A DNA stretch of 64,000 bases from a candidate division WOR-3 bacterium (GTDB lineage Bacteria; Hydrothermota; Hydrothermia; LBFQ01): positions 8,560 to 72,559 of the forward strand of contig WGFI01000094.1 of NCBI GenBank assembly GCA_015492295.1, in the 5' to 3' direction. Below the pieces are notes generated by a model that worked only from the letters and a program-made list of their open reading frames with translations, was not told the origin of the DNA and ran no database searches. Below, piece after piece: positions 9,532 through 19,605 of this stretch; position 1 is the first letter of the stretch; every line of letters begins with the position of its first letter. A program made the translations under genes and the position numbers.

Positions 9532-10827
9532 ATGTATATATGCTCGGTATGCGGTTATAAATCTTTAAAATTCATGGGGAGATGTCCCGAATGCAACGAA
9601 TGGGGAACGATGATTGAGGAGGATAGGAAAAAGGGAAAAAAGTTTGAATCTCTGGAAATTTCCAAGCTTTCCGATGTTGAGGGATACGATAAGGAAAGGT
9701 TGAGTACGGGTATATCCGAGGTTGATAGAGTTTTAGGCGGTGGAATACTCAAAGGCAGCGTTATACTCCTCGGGGGAAGTCCTGGTGTTGGGAAATCAAC
9801 GCTATTCCTACAAATCGCCGGAAAACTTAGGGATCAAGGTCATAATGTTCTCTTAGTATCCTCCGAAGAATCCGTTATGCAGGTGAAGCAGAGAGCGGAT
9901 AGGTTAAAGGTAAATCAGGATATAGATATAACCGATGAAGAAAACTTAGACAAGATTCTCCACAGTTTATCCAAAGATTACGATGTAATATTCTTTGATT
10001 CCATACAGTCGCTATATATGGAGAACCTGAACTCTCCCGCAGGATCAATATCCCAAGTTAGATTCTGTGCAGATAGGATATTCAGATTCGCAAAGGAGAG
10101 AGATATTTCAGTTTGGATCTCGGGTCATATAACGAAGTCAGGTATTATAGCAGGTCCTAAGACCTTGGAACATATAGTGGATGTCGTCATGTATTTGGAA
10201 GGGGACAAAGTTTCTTCTTTGAGAACGCTGAGATGCGAAAAGAACAGGTTCGGCCCCGTGGATGAAATCGCTTTCCTTACGATGAATGAGGATGGACTTA
10301 GACCCATAAATGACCCATCCTACTATTTTGTTTCACCTTCAAAGATCCCAAAAGTCGGTGTAGCATATACGGTTATAACCAAAGGGAGTCTTCCAGTAGT
10401 TATAGAAGTTCAAACCTTGGTGCATCCGACCTTCTATCCCATGCCCCTGAGATATTCCGTAGGTTATGATCAGAAGAAACTGGCCATAATACTCGCTTTA
10501 TTGGAGAAGAAGCTGGGTTATAGGTTGGCCAGGATGGACATATACCTGAATCTCAGCGGAAATTTAAAGTCGGAGGATCCATCAATGGACATGGCCGTAT
10601 GTGCATCTTTAATATCTTCTATCAGAAATATACCTTTGGACAATTCGGGAGTCTTCATAGGGGAGATTTCATTGACCGGGGAATTTAAAAAACCTTTAAA
10701 TTTCAATATACTTGAAGGTGAGGCCAAAAGGGTGGGTTTCAAGAGGATGTATTCCCCCACACCATCGGAACATCTGGATTGGATAAAGATAGAGGATCTA
10801 ATGGAATTAGCGAATTTATTGAGGTAA
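9532..10827 (+). CDS. radA: DNA repair protein RadA (Sms)
   Basis: 431 aa. An N-terminal C4 zinc ribbon (CSVCGYKSLKFMGRCPECNEW) is followed by Walker A GGSPGVGKST, the KNRFG motif and a C-terminal Lon-protease-like domain. The ATG is 3 nt after the upstream stop. Confidence 0.9.
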   Translation: MYICSVCGYKSLKFMGRCPECNEWGTMIEEDRKKGKKFESLEISKLSDVEGYDKERLSTGISEVDRVLGGGILKGSVILLGGSPGVGKSTLFLQIAGKLRDQGHNVLLVSSEESVMQVKQRADRLKVNQDIDITDEENLDKILHSLSKDYDVIFFDSIQSLYMENLNSPAGSISQVRFCADRIFRFAKERDISVWISGHITKSGIIAGPKTLEHIVDVVMYLEGDKVSSLRTLRCEKNRFGPVDEIAFLTMNEDGLRPINDPSYYFVSPSKIPKVGVAYTVITKGSLPVVIEVQTLVHPTFYPMPLRYSVGYDQKKLAIILALLEKKLGYRLARMDIYLNLSGNLKSEDPSMDMAVCASLISSIRNIPLDNSGVFIGEISLTGEFKKPLNFNILEGEAKRVGFKRMYSPTPSEHLDWIKIEDLMELANLLR

Positions 10828-11658
10828 GAGTCTCAGAGCCCTAAGGCTACCCCCAACCACCCTACCCACCCCTATAAATCTATTTTCCGCATAAACCCTG
10901 TAAGTGCCTTCCTCGGCACCTACATATACCGTCCCACCATTTTTAAAAATCTTTGCATATTTACCATATAGGTTTATATCGTTCATCCAGTACAAACCTT
11001 TTTCCGCGGGAAGAATATCATCTTCCGTAATTTCTTCGGGAGGTTTCGCTTCATTTACCGTTATCTTACCTATTTCAATCCTCTTCAAACTTTCAAGATA
11101 ACCCACGGTTCCAAGTTTATACGCTATATCCCTTCCCAATGCTCTTATATATGTTCCCGATGAAACTCTGCACCTGAACCTTATTCTATTATCCAAAACT
11201 TCCAAAACTTTAATGTTTTCAATATATACCTTTCTCGGTTTCAGTTCGGGGTTCTTACCTTCCCTCGCGAGTTCGTAAGCCCTTTTTCCTTCTATTTTTA
11301 AAGCGGAATAAATCGGAGGAATCTGCTCATAAACCCCTATGAAACCCCTTACGACATTTTCAACCGTGATTATATCCAACCTTGGAACATCCTTTTTTCT
11401 TATAACTTTCCCTTCAACATCCAATGTATCCGTTTCCTCACCCATAAAGAGCACCGCCTCGTATGTCCTTAGAAGTTCTTGAAAGAATCTTAAAAATCTG
11501 GTGTATCTGCCCAAGGCGATTATGAGTAATCCCTCCGCGAAAGGATCAAGCGTTCCCTCATATCCTCCCTTCACTTTAAACTTCCGTTGTATATCATTCA
11601 TAACGCCGCGTGAGGTTCTTCCCGCAGGTTTATATACCCAGAGAAAACCCTCCTTCAT
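10816..11658 (-). CDS. truB: tRNA pseudouridine(55) synthase TruB
   Basis: 280 aa. The TruB catalytic motif GTLDPFAEGLL with Asp lies in a GxLDxxAxG context. It is followed by a PUA-like C-terminus. It overlaps the radA stop convergently by 12 nt. Confidence 0.85.
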   Translation of the reverse strand: MKEGFLWVYKPAGRTSRGVMNDIQRKFKVKGGYEGTLDPFAEGLLIIALGRYTRFLRFFQELLRTYEAVLFMGEETDTLDVEGKVIRKKDVPRLDIITVENVVRGFIGVYEQIPPIYSALKIEGKRAYELAREGKNPELKPRKVYIENIKVLEVLDNRIRFRCRVSSGTYIRALGRDIAYKLGTVGYLESLKRIEIGKITVNEAKPPEEITEDDILPAEKGLYWMNDINLYGKYAKIFKNGGTVYVGAEEGTYRVYAENRFIGVGRVVGGSLRALRLLPQ

Positions 11659-12380
11659 TTTTCTTTAATGGCAAGGAATGTGTGTTGTGGGGATAGGTGC
11701 GTTGTTATAAGATTCCTAATCAAAGGTAAATATTTGACTATTGATGTCGCTATCTTCCACCACTTCTTCCTTAGCGCCTCCTTCTTCCTGAACATCATTT
11801 CGGGAAGTAGATTGTAAATTTTGAAACCTTCATTTTCAAAGAGCTTCTTTATTCTCGTATAGGATAGGAGATATACATCCTCAAATGCTTCGCCTCTACG
11901 AAAGATTTTCACCATGACATCCTTCAAATTTCCGGGTAGCCAATGAACGAACGGCAACCTGTAATGGACCTCATATGGCCAGAGAAGGTTTGGAGTTGCT
12001 ACATACACCAATCCGCTCGGTTTTAAAACCCTACGGATCTCTTTTATAACGGCATGAGGATGTGGGATATGCTCTATCACATGGTTAAGTAAGATAAACT
12101 CAAATGTATTCTCTTTGAAGGGTAATTCTCTGCCATCGCCGATTATAACATTATCCTTAGATACCAAGACATCCTTGTCTATTTCCAAACCAAAGATCTC
12201 CTTTCCTAAGAGTCTTGAAAGTTCCCTTTCAAGTATTCCTGGACCGCACCCTATGGACAAAAACGGCTGCTCTAACTTCTCAACCTTGTCTTTTATTAGA
12301 AGATATATGACCCTCGCTCTCTCCTTACGGGAATTCCTATATTCTTCACTTTTCCAATATTCTTTTCCGTACTTACCCAT
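11655..12380 (-). CDS. Class I SAM-dependent methyltransferase
   Basis: 241 aa. Motif I is [13 protein letters not shown], and a post-I acidic residue and the [10 protein letters not shown] motif are present. The substrate is unknown. Confidence 0.6.
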   Translation of the reverse strand: MGKYGKEYWKSEEYRNSRKERARVIYLLIKDKVEKLEQPFLSIGCGPGILERELSRLLGKEIFGLEIDKDVLVSKDNVIIGDGRELPFKENTFEFILLNHVIEHIPHPHAVIKEIRRVLKPSGLVYVATPNLLWPYEVHYRLPFVHWLPGNLKDVMVKIFRRGEAFEDVYLLSYTRIKKLFENEGFKIYNLLPEMMFRKKEALRKKWWKIATSIVKYLPLIRNLITTHLSPQHTFLAIKEK

Positions 12381-13410
12381 CCTTCAATTTCTTTTCCAGA
12401 TCTTTCAACTTTCTATAAATCTCTGGCAGTTTGTAAAACATCGCCGCGCTCTTCCAGAAGGTTAATCTCTCGCGGGCAGGAATCTTTCCGGCCAACACCT
12501 CACCATCTTTTACATCCTTATCCACACCCGATCCGGCCATCAAGATCACTTTATTCCCTATCTTTATATGCTCCGTTATACCGACCTGTCCCGCGAATAT
12601 GCACCAATTTCCTATTTCCGTTCCTCCCGATATTCCCGTTTGGGATGCTATTACGACATTCTCCCCGATCTTCACATTATGGGCTATTTGAACAAGATTG
12701 TCAATCTTCGTGCCTTTACCGATTACGGTTTTACCAAATGTGGCCCTGTCTATCGTAGTGTTGGCTCCTATTCTAACATCATCCTCTATTATCACACTGC
12801 CAATTTGGGGAATCCTTACCCAACCGTCATCCGTTCTCTCAAAGCCGAAACCCTCCGAACCTATAACGCTACCGGGATATATTATGCATCTTTCGCCCAC
12901 CTCAACATTCCATCCTATATATACGAATGGATATATTACGCTACCTTTCTTTATGCGAGCACCTCTACCTATAAATACATAAGGGTAGATTATAACATCA
13001 TCCTCTATAACCGCTCCAGATGATACATAACAAAAAGCGCCGACCCTCGCCCTTTCCGATATTACTGCGCCATCCTCAATTACGGTGAAATTTCCAGTAA
13101 GTATTTGATGTCTAGGCTCAAATTCTTTAAGTAATTTAGCCAATGCTAATCTATGATTTTTAACCTTTATGAAAGCACCGTAATTCACATCTGGTTTCGT
13201 AGAGGAGATCACTATTCCGACATTTTCCGATATTTCACTTTTACCGTCCCATATCGTTAGATCTCTATATCCAGCGTTAAAAGACTCTTTGATGTCAAAG
13301 ACCTCATAATTTTCGTTCCCATATATCTCTCCATCAACTATCTTCGCTATTTCCTTCGCCTTCAATGGAAACCTTAACATCCAATTCCCCCTTTGATTCT
13401 GCAAGTTCAT
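12373..13410 (-). CDS. lpxD: UDP-3-O-(3-hydroxyacyl)glucosamine N-acyltransferase LpxD
   Basis: 345 aa. The N-terminal LpxD domain ([16 protein letters not shown]) is followed by long left-handed beta-helix hexapeptide repeats ([31 protein letters not shown]...). The true start is probably internal (MLRF, about 13380), because the listed start overlaps the upstream gene. Confidence 0.8.
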   Translation of the reverse strand: MNLQNQRGNWMLRFPLKAKEIAKIVDGEIYGNENYEVFDIKESFNAGYRDLTIWDGKSEISENVGIVISSTKPDVNYGAFIKVKNHRLALAKLLKEFEPRHQILTGNFTVIEDGAVISERARVGAFCYVSSGAVIEDDVIIYPYVFIGRGARIKKGSVIYPFVYIGWNVEVGERCIIYPGSVIGSEGFGFERTDDGWVRIPQIGSVIIEDDVRIGANTTIDRATFGKTVIGKGTKIDNLVQIAHNVKIGENVVIASQTGISGGTEIGNWCIFAGQVGITEHIKIGNKVILMAGSGVDKDVKDGEVLAGKIPARERLTFWKSAAMFYKLPEIYRKLKDLEKKLKDG

Positions 13411-13594
13411 TCAACTCCTTTAAGAGCGCGCTTATATCATTTACATGGTATTTCTTAGCGTTTTCCTCTATGGTTCCCCATATAGGCGATCCGCAGGCTA
13501 CCGCGGGTATTCCATGCTTAAAGAAAATATCCACACTTTCGGGATACCTGAGTATCACCTCCTCTATGCTCATATCTTTCGTTATTCTTTTCAT
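13334..13594 (-). CDS. DUF1858-like small redox protein (hybrid-cluster-protein-associated disulfide domain)
   Basis: 86 aa. The sequence [35 protein letters not shown]...[19 protein letters not shown] matches the typical DUF1858 N-terminus. It is preceded by CTTTAAAATTT 8 nt upstream of the ATG. Confidence 0.55.
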   Translation of the reverse strand: MKRITKDMSIEEVILRYPESVDIFFKHGIPAVACGSPIWGTIEENAKKYHVNDISALLKELNELAESKGELDVKVSIEGEGNSEDS

Positions 13595-13625
13595 ATAACC
13601 TGAAATTTTAAAGTCGTTCGTTGTC

Positions 13626-14264
13626 TCAGAGTTTATATACCCCTATGGAAACGCTCTTGTGGTTTATTCTAAATAGATTATCGCGTACATGCGTTGGTAA
13701 TAAATCACCAACCCAATTAGGGTATCTATAAACTTTTATTGGAATTAACTCTCTTAAGAGTGGAAACACTTTTGCGATTTTTAAAATGGTTAGCATATCT
13801 TTGTAAGTATAGAATATTATTTTACGCCTGCAGGACCTAAGTATATTTGCCAATACTTTTTCGTGATCATCAATATGTACATGTGTAGGATCAAAGAGGA
13901 TAAAGTCATAATATCGCTCTTTTAACTTAACTTCCGATATATTTGCTACTATAAAGTTATCGCTATACTCTGGAAATATTAACTTTTTGGCCTGTGTGAT
14001 AGACTCTTCAATAAAATCTACACCGTATGGAATAAGTTTGTATTTGCTGTTTTCTATGATATGTTTTAGAAGCAGACCGTTTCCACATCCCAAATCTATA
14101 ATCTTTCCATCACCATCAATCAGATTCAGAAAAATATCGTATATTTCCTGAGGATATTCCTTAAAGCCATTAGGTAGAAAAATATTCTTTCCGCTATTGT
14201 TTTCCCAATACATTTTCTTAAGTTCTTTTTTCCGTTTCAAATACCACTCCGCCGCTCTGCTCAT
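13626..14264 (-). CDS. Class I SAM-dependent methyltransferase
   Basis: 212 aa. Motif I is IIDLGCGNGLLLKHI, with an acidic motif II downstream. It is translationally coupled to the upstream ORF (4-nt overlap). Confidence 0.55.
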   Translation of the reverse strand: MSRAAEWYLKRKKELKKMYWENNSGKNIFLPNGFKEYPQEIYDIFLNLIDGDGKIIDLGCGNGLLLKHIIENSKYKLIPYGVDFIEESITQAKKLIFPEYSDNFIVANISEVKLKERYYDFILFDPTHVHIDDHEKVLANILRSCRRKIIFYTYKDMLTILKIAKVFPLLRELIPIKVYRYPNWVGDLLPTHVRDNLFRINHKSVSIGVYKL

Positions 14265-14584
14265 ACTATTGAAATAGTATCCGTCAAGATGTAGCAGCTC
14301 ATATACATCGCTGAAAAGACCAAGTCGTACATATCAACCTTTTTGAGTTTGCGACTTAAATCCCCTGCGGAAAGTGATCCTTCCCACAAGAAAAGCGATT
14401 TTAGGATTTCAAGAGCGGCAAGATAGGCTGTTCCAGATGCCTCGGATACGTGCTTTAAGTCTATATATGCACCCCTTCTCCTATCAACGCCGGCCTTCTT
14501 TAATATCTCCTTAGCGTTTTTTAAATACCTCTTTGCCAGTTCAAGCCTCTCCTTCGGTGTTTCTGGAACCTTAACCTTCGGCAT
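14261..14584 (-). CDS. Hypothetical small alpha-helical protein (PaREP1/HEPN-like pattern, weak)
   Basis: 107 aa. The segment LELAKRYLKNAKEILKKAG...YIDLKHVSEASGTAYLAALEIL resembles the helical hairpin of PaREP1/HEPN-type proteins. The promoter-like CCTTAAAATAT element lies 9 nt upstream of the ATG. Confidence 0.3.
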   Translation of the reverse strand: MPKVKVPETPKERLELAKRYLKNAKEILKKAGVDRRRGAYIDLKHVSEASGTAYLAALEILKSLFLWEGSLSAGDLSRKLKKVDMYDLVFSAMYMSCYILTDTISIV

Positions 14585-14771
14585 AAGATTTATATTTTAA
14601 GGTTGTCCGTTATCGCCTTATTACTTTGTAGCGGCCCATATACATCACTGGGAAGACCACAACGAGATCCTTATCCTATCCTCGTAAGCCGTTCCAGAGG
14701 CTTCTCTATAAATCATTCCATTTCCACAAAAACATTTTGCCAGAATTCTTACAACCTTAGAATATCAAACT

Positions 14772-15437
14772 ATGGCAATTAAGATAACTTGGATAGGGCA
14801 TGCCGCTTTTAAAATAGAGGGAAGTAAGGTGGTGTTTGTGGATCCCTTCATAACGGGAAATCCCGTCTCAAAGATAAATGTGGATGAGATTGACAGAGCG
14901 GATGTTGTGATAGTGACGCATGATCATGGAGATCATGGATTTGAAGATGCGGTAAAGATATGTAAGAAGACTGGGGCAGTTTTTGCATCACAGTATGAGT
15001 TGGTGGTGAAATCCGCATTGGATAAGGCTGAGCCTATGAACATAGGTGGCTTTGTAAATGTTGGGGGAACGGGTGTTGAGGTTGCATTCACCCCCGCCTG
15101 GCATACCGCCCAGATGGGTGATCCCACTGGTGTGCTTATAAAGATTGATGGATTGATGATATATCATGCCGGTGATACGGGATTGTTCTCGGATATGAAA
15201 CTCATCGGAGAGATGTACAAACCTCATGTCGCTCTATTACCCATAGGTGGGAGATTCACTATGGATATATATCAGGCTTCCAAAGCTGTGGAGCTTATAT
15301 CACCAAAGTATGTCATACCTATGCACTATAATACCTTTGATCTCATTAAAGCGGACCCCAACGAGTTTGCTAAGTTGGTGGGTGATAAGGCGAAAGTGAT
15401 CGTGCTCAAACCTGGGGAAACTACGGAAATATCATAA
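14772..15437 (+). CDS. Metal-dependent hydrolase, UPF0173 (metallo-beta-lactamase fold)
   Basis: 221 aa. The motifs MAIKITWIGHAAFKIEG...VVIVTHDHGDHG (HxHxDH) and a C-terminal metal-ligand His/Asp are present. Confidence 0.8.
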   Translation: MAIKITWIGHAAFKIEGSKVVFVDPFITGNPVSKINVDEIDRADVVIVTHDHGDHGFEDAVKICKKTGAVFASQYELVVKSALDKAEPMNIGGFVNVGGTGVEVAFTPAWHTAQMGDPTGVLIKIDGLMIYHAGDTGLFSDMKLIGEMYKPHVALLPIGGRFTMDIYQASKAVELISPKYVIPMHYNTFDLIKADPNEFAKLVGDKAKVIVLKPGETTEIS

Positions 15438-15487
15438 GATGAGTATGGAAGTGCGAATTAAAGATAAGTAAGGTTATACCTCAATGC

Positions 15488-17413
15488 CTAAAACACCAAA
15501 CTTATACTTAAAGTAGGTAGTAAAGGTAGCTGAGGTACCGTATGTACCCTTCTGTCTTTCTCGCTGTAATATTCCAGAAACACATTTTTCCGGTTATAAA
15601 CATTCACTACGGTTAGGTTCCAATGTCCGTTCATTTTCCATAGCTTTAAACTTCCAGAGACAAATACATCAAGTTTGTGATAGTCCGGATAGCGTGAAGA
15701 ATCCTTGGGATATCCGGTATGATAGGAAAATGAGAAACCTGCCTTCTTGCCCATAAACGGAAATGTATATGAAATCCTAAGATTGTGGGGTGCATCAAGG
15801 AAGGTTTTGGGTTCCCTTTGGAAATAGGAATACCACATGGATGCTGAACCCCCGAGTAATCTACCAGTATAACCGACCGATAAACCTCTGCCGAAACCTT
15901 GAACAGCGATGAAATCATTATAAACTCTCAAATACTTTTTATAAACGAACCTCACAAATGCTGAATATCTTTTCGTGCTTCTCGCTATTTCTACTATATT
16001 AAAAGCGGCCCTTTGAGGCAAATTCTCAAACACATAGAATGAGGGCATAAAATAGTAGAACCTTATATTCCCACCACCTTCCATAGGGAAACCGTAAAAG
16101 TAATCCGTACTTAAAGCCATCAGAGTTCTAAAAGCCACACTTTCAGTTATGAATATTTTAAGGGAGAGGGTAGGATCAAGATAAAAACCATCCGTCCTGA
16201 TGCCTACGGAAGGGATCAACCTTTCACCCTCATGCATTATCTGAATGTATGACCAACCTATGTACGGAATATCCTCCTTGTACTTTTGAGTGTTCTCGTA
16301 GATAGCCTTATAGAAGACATTATATTTCGTCCCCTCGTATCCCAACTTCAACCACCCTTTATCAAAGGATATTTTAAAACCATAACAGCCTATCGGATTC
16401 TCGGTGAATGTCGTTCCCGTGCCATACAGTCGGGAATATATACCCGTTTCATAAGATGCATAAAATGTCTCAATGTTAAATCCACCCACCTCGCCGGATG
16501 AATAAATCAGAGTATTCCCCCAATTGGAAGTTATATATGTTCCCGTAGAATCGTTTTTGTAATCAAAGAAACCCTGGGAGTATAAGGCGCCTACATTGAA
16601 TATGATACCTCCGAGTTTGAATCCTCCCTTTACAAATCCATCATAGAATGTATATGGAAGTTCCCTTCCGGAGATCAAAGATATATAATAAAGGTGGAGT
16701 CCCCTTATGGACGAAGATATGTAATATTTCCCGGTGTTCCTTGTAAAACCCGCTTTGGCGGATATGAAACTGAGATCCACAAAGTTCCTATTTCTAGCGG
16801 AAAGCAGATTTATACTCCTTATGTTGGCGGTTCCTGAAAGTCCATATATATCAGATGTGTAAGGGGCTTCGTAAAATTCGGCGTACGACATCTGATTTAC
16901 ATCAAGAAACGAGACGAGTCCCCCAAGATGAACAGGGTTGAAAATCCTTATACCATCCAATAAATAAACGGTTTCCTCGGGTGGGGAATTCATTATGGAG
17001 ATTTTCATACCCAAATCGCTGGCGAATTTCGTTCCAGGTAATCCCGAAATGGCACGAATGGGATCAGGTTCCAAAAAATTCGGTGATTCACGAATAATAT
17101 CGTAGTTTATCTTATAAGGTTCAAAGGCTCTCTTACGAAATTCGTATATATCGGAGGGGATGAGAATCTCAGGAAGTACATAAACTTTCTGCTCCATCTT
17201 CACCTTTAACACCGTATCCCTTTGCAGATTTATATTTAAAGTTTCCGTTTTGTAGGAGGAGTGAGATATTATTAGCGTCTTCTCACCTTTACTCAACTCC
17301 AATATAAACTCACCCTTGGCATCCGCAAACAATCCTTTCCTATCTGGAAGAATGTATATGTACGAATTAGGTGCAACCTTACCTTGAAGAATGACGGATA
17401 ATATAAAAACCAT
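15488..17413 (-). CDS. Outer-membrane TonB-dependent-receptor-like beta-barrel with N-terminal carboxypeptidase-regulatory-like domain
   Basis: 641 aa. An N-terminal CarbopepD_reg-like beta-sandwich (GKVAP...GEFILELSKGEKTLIISHSSYKTETLNI) is followed by a plug-like segment. The protein is rich in G/Y/F/S amphipathic strands and ends in a terminal aromatic (LSISLVF), typical of OM barrels. Confidence 0.5.
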   Translation of the reverse strand: MVFILSVILQGKVAPNSYIYILPDRKGLFADAKGEFILELSKGEKTLIISHSSYKTETLNINLQRDTVLKVKMEQKVYVLPEILIPSDIYEFRKRAFEPYKINYDIIRESPNFLEPDPIRAISGLPGTKFASDLGMKISIMNSPPEETVYLLDGIRIFNPVHLGGLVSFLDVNQMSYAEFYEAPYTSDIYGLSGTANIRSINLLSARNRNFVDLSFISAKAGFTRNTGKYYISSSIRGLHLYYISLISGRELPYTFYDGFVKGGFKLGGIIFNVGALYSQGFFDYKNDSTGTYITSNWGNTLIYSSGEVGGFNIETFYASYETGIYSRLYGTGTTFTENPIGCYGFKISFDKGWLKLGYEGTKYNVFYKAIYENTQKYKEDIPYIGWSYIQIMHEGERLIPSVGIRTDGFYLDPTLSLKIFITESVAFRTLMALSTDYFYGFPMEGGGNIRFYYFMPSFYVFENLPQRAAFNIVEIARSTKRYSAFVRFVYKKYLRVYNDFIAVQGFGRGLSVGYTGRLLGGSASMWYSYFQREPKTFLDAPHNLRISYTFPFMGKKAGFSFSYHTGYPKDSSRYPDYHKLDVFVSGSLKLWKMNGHWNLTVVNVYNRKNVFLEYYSEKDRRVHTVPQLPLLPTLSISLVF

Positions 17414-17425
17414 AAAATGGGTATT

Positions 17426-18331
17426 CTAAGGATGTAAATACACCCATAGAATGACGATTATCCAAAGGGAATAACCCAGAACAACATAAAATAAATTTCC
17501 GCTTAGTATGTAAATCCCCGATAAAATCGCCGACAGTACATTTAAAATAAAAATCAGGGCAAGACCCAACCTATCACCGAGAAGATCACATATCTTATGA
17601 TGTATATGCTCCTCGTCCCTCTCAAACAAGTTTTTCCTTGAATATAACCTTCTCAAAAGCGTAATATTCGTATCGGCGAATGGGAAGAAAAGCACAAGAA
17701 GCATAGACTCAAAAGGCAAATAGGATAACCTCAAAAAGGCGAAACTTATAAGAAATCCTAACAAATATGAACCGGCATCACCCATTATGATTTTTGCCTT
17801 CGGAGAATTATAAAACAAAAGACCTATGGAAATGGCCGATAACATAAGATAAAAGTGTTCTTTGGTTAGTACATATATAAAAAGCAAGGAAACTATGCTC
17901 GTTGTGAGAAGCACCCCATCCTTCCCGTCTATGACATTAAAAGCGTTTGTAAAACCGAGTATAAATACCAACCAGAATATTTCATTGAATATGGGTATAT
18001 AGAACTCGTGGTTTAATAAGTTTATCGGTAATCCATAACCGAATGTGCTTATTATAATCACGCTTATGATGAAGGTTATTAGAAGCTTTATCTTTCCGCT
18101 CAGACCTTTAATATCGTCGTATATACCCATGAGGGAAATCACAGATACCGATAATGTCAATAACCATGAAAATTCCTTTAAAAGGAAATTCCATAAAACC
18201 ACAGGTAAAAGGAGAATGCCTGCACCCCTTATCTTTGAGGAATATACATCCTTAAAAATCTCCGTATTTTCAAAGACCTTCCAAAATAAATATCCACCCA
18301 AAATCCCATACAATATGAAAATAAAGGACAT
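17426..18331 (-). CDS. Glycosyltransferase family 4 (MraY/WecA-like UDP-HexNAc:polyprenol-P HexNAc-1-P transferase)
   Basis: 301 aa polytopic protein. It carries the NAFNVIDGKDG (NxxNxxDGxDGL) and MGDAGSYLLGF (DxGS) motifs characteristic of the MraY/WecA family. Confidence 0.7.
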   Translation of the reverse strand: MSFIFILYGILGGYLFWKVFENTEIFKDVYSSKIRGAGILLLPVVLWNFLLKEFSWLLTLSVSVISLMGIYDDIKGLSGKIKLLITFIISVIIISTFGYGLPINLLNHEFYIPIFNEIFWLVFILGFTNAFNVIDGKDGVLLTTSIVSLLFIYVLTKEHFYLMLSAISIGLLFYNSPKAKIIMGDAGSYLLGFLISFAFLRLSYLPFESMLLVLFFPFADTNITLLRRLYSRKNLFERDEEHIHHKICDLLGDRLGLALIFILNVLSAILSGIYILSGNLFYVVLGYSLWIIVILWVYLHP

Positions 18332-18345
18332 TATATTAACGGGAT

Positions 18346-19578
18346 TTACTCAGTGGGTTGTTCTGGTTGCTCAGGTGTGGGGGTCTCAACGGGTGCCTGT
18401 TCTGGAGGGGTTTGTTCAGGTTGCGGTGATTCGGCGGTCTGTTCGGGAGGTTGGGTAGGTTGCGCCGCTATCTCCTCAGGAGGCTTGGGAAGCTGATCAT
18501 ACCAGAATCTTTGAATATAGGTTGCAGGAAAATGTACCCTGTGGCAACCCGTACAGTTGGAGCGGTACAACTCATAGAGGACCCTCCTCAATCTCTTCTT
18601 ACTCGGTATTCTTTTATTCGCTTCGTTATCAAGATCCTTAACAAGCGTGGCTATCGTTGGAGTTGTAAATAGGTAAGGATCCTCCCTGTGGCACTTTGAG
18701 CATAGAGATTGATTGTAATTAAACCTTTTTATAAATTTCCTAACAAATCTTCTAAGTTCAACTTTTGAACCCTTATCTATCGCTCTCAGGATGGTGTAAT
18801 AATCTTTTGACATCTCAGACTTAAAATCCCTATACGGCATCTTCCTCTTGGTCATTGGATCCTTAACTATAAAAGTGGCCATATTCATCTTCATATCCTT
18901 CGTTTGCCAGTAATACCTGAAATATACCTTAGGTATCTCCTGTAAATGGCAGGCTTTGCAGGAGTACTCCAGCTTTTTAATTAGATTGCTCACCTTCGGA
19001 TCAAGGGAACGGCGCGCGCCTATGGGTAGTACGGTATCCTTTTTCTGGGTCTTTGTCGTATCCGTCGTATCCTTTATTATTCCCAAAACTTTCCCCAACT
19101 CCTCAACCTCGGAGAGTAGGAATCTGTCCTTCCACTCCGGAACCAAGTCGGCAACAAACGAGTAATAATCCTTGAATCTCGTGTAAGATACCTCTATCAC
19201 TTCCAGATCAACGGCATTTATATCCGCTACGAGATCATAAAACCTCCTTCCAAGTGTATCCATATAAGCCTTGTAATTCTTAGCTCTGCGAGCGACAGGA
19301 GGATAATAGTTATCAAGACTCTTAGGTGGCATTTCAAAAACATATTTACCACTTTCCAGTTGCATAACGGTTTCTTTCTTTTTATGTTGCTTCTCGGGTT
19401 GTTCAACAGTTTCCTGTGATGGTTGCTCTTGGGTGGGTTGTTCGGTTTGCGGCGAAGGTTCCCCCATCTGCTCTTCCATCTGCTCAGCTTGTGATTGGGG
19501 TTCAGGGGTTTGAGCGAATAAAAATATATATCCTACAAAAACACCAACGATGAATAACACACTGAGAATACGACGCAT
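18346..19578 (-). CDS. Secreted c-type cytochrome-like protein (3 CxxCH) with Pro/Glu/Gln-rich low-complexity termini
   Basis: 410 aa with signal peptide MRRILSVLFIVGVFVGYIFLFAQ. A PEQ-rich region (QTPEPQSQAEQMEEQMGEPSPQTEQPTQEQPSQETVEQPEKQ) precedes three heme-binding motifs: CKACH, CSKCH and CTGCH. A second PEQ-rich tail (PPEEIAAQPTQPPEQTAESPQPEQTPPEQAPVETPTPEQPEQPTE) follows. Confidence 0.5.
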   Translation of the reverse strand: MRRILSVLFIVGVFVGYIFLFAQTPEPQSQAEQMEEQMGEPSPQTEQPTQEQPSQETVEQPEKQHKKKETVMQLESGKYVFEMPPKSLDNYYPPVARRAKNYKAYMDTLGRRFYDLVADINAVDLEVIEVSYTRFKDYYSFVADLVPEWKDRFLLSEVEELGKVLGIIKDTTDTTKTQKKDTVLPIGARRSLDPKVSNLIKKLEYSCKACHLQEIPKVYFRYYWQTKDMKMNMATFIVKDPMTKRKMPYRDFKSEMSKDYYTILRAIDKGSKVELRRFVRKFIKRFNYNQSLCSKCHREDPYLFTTPTIATLVKDLDNEANKRIPSKKRLRRVLYELYRSNCTGCHRVHFPATYIQRFWYDQLPKPPEEIAAQPTQPPEQTAESPQPEQTPPEQAPVETPTPEQPEQPTE

Positions 19579-19605
19579 AAGCAGTTAGTATAAAGGGGAA
19601 AAACT

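Noticed and set aside
12373-13410. The 77-nt overlap between the lpxD N-terminus and the DUF1858 ORF as evidence of a gene fusion or frameshift
   Set aside because: It is more simply explained by an over-extended lpxD start in the track. The true start is probably the internal Met (MLRF...) or a later codon, and both proteins are intact in their own frames.
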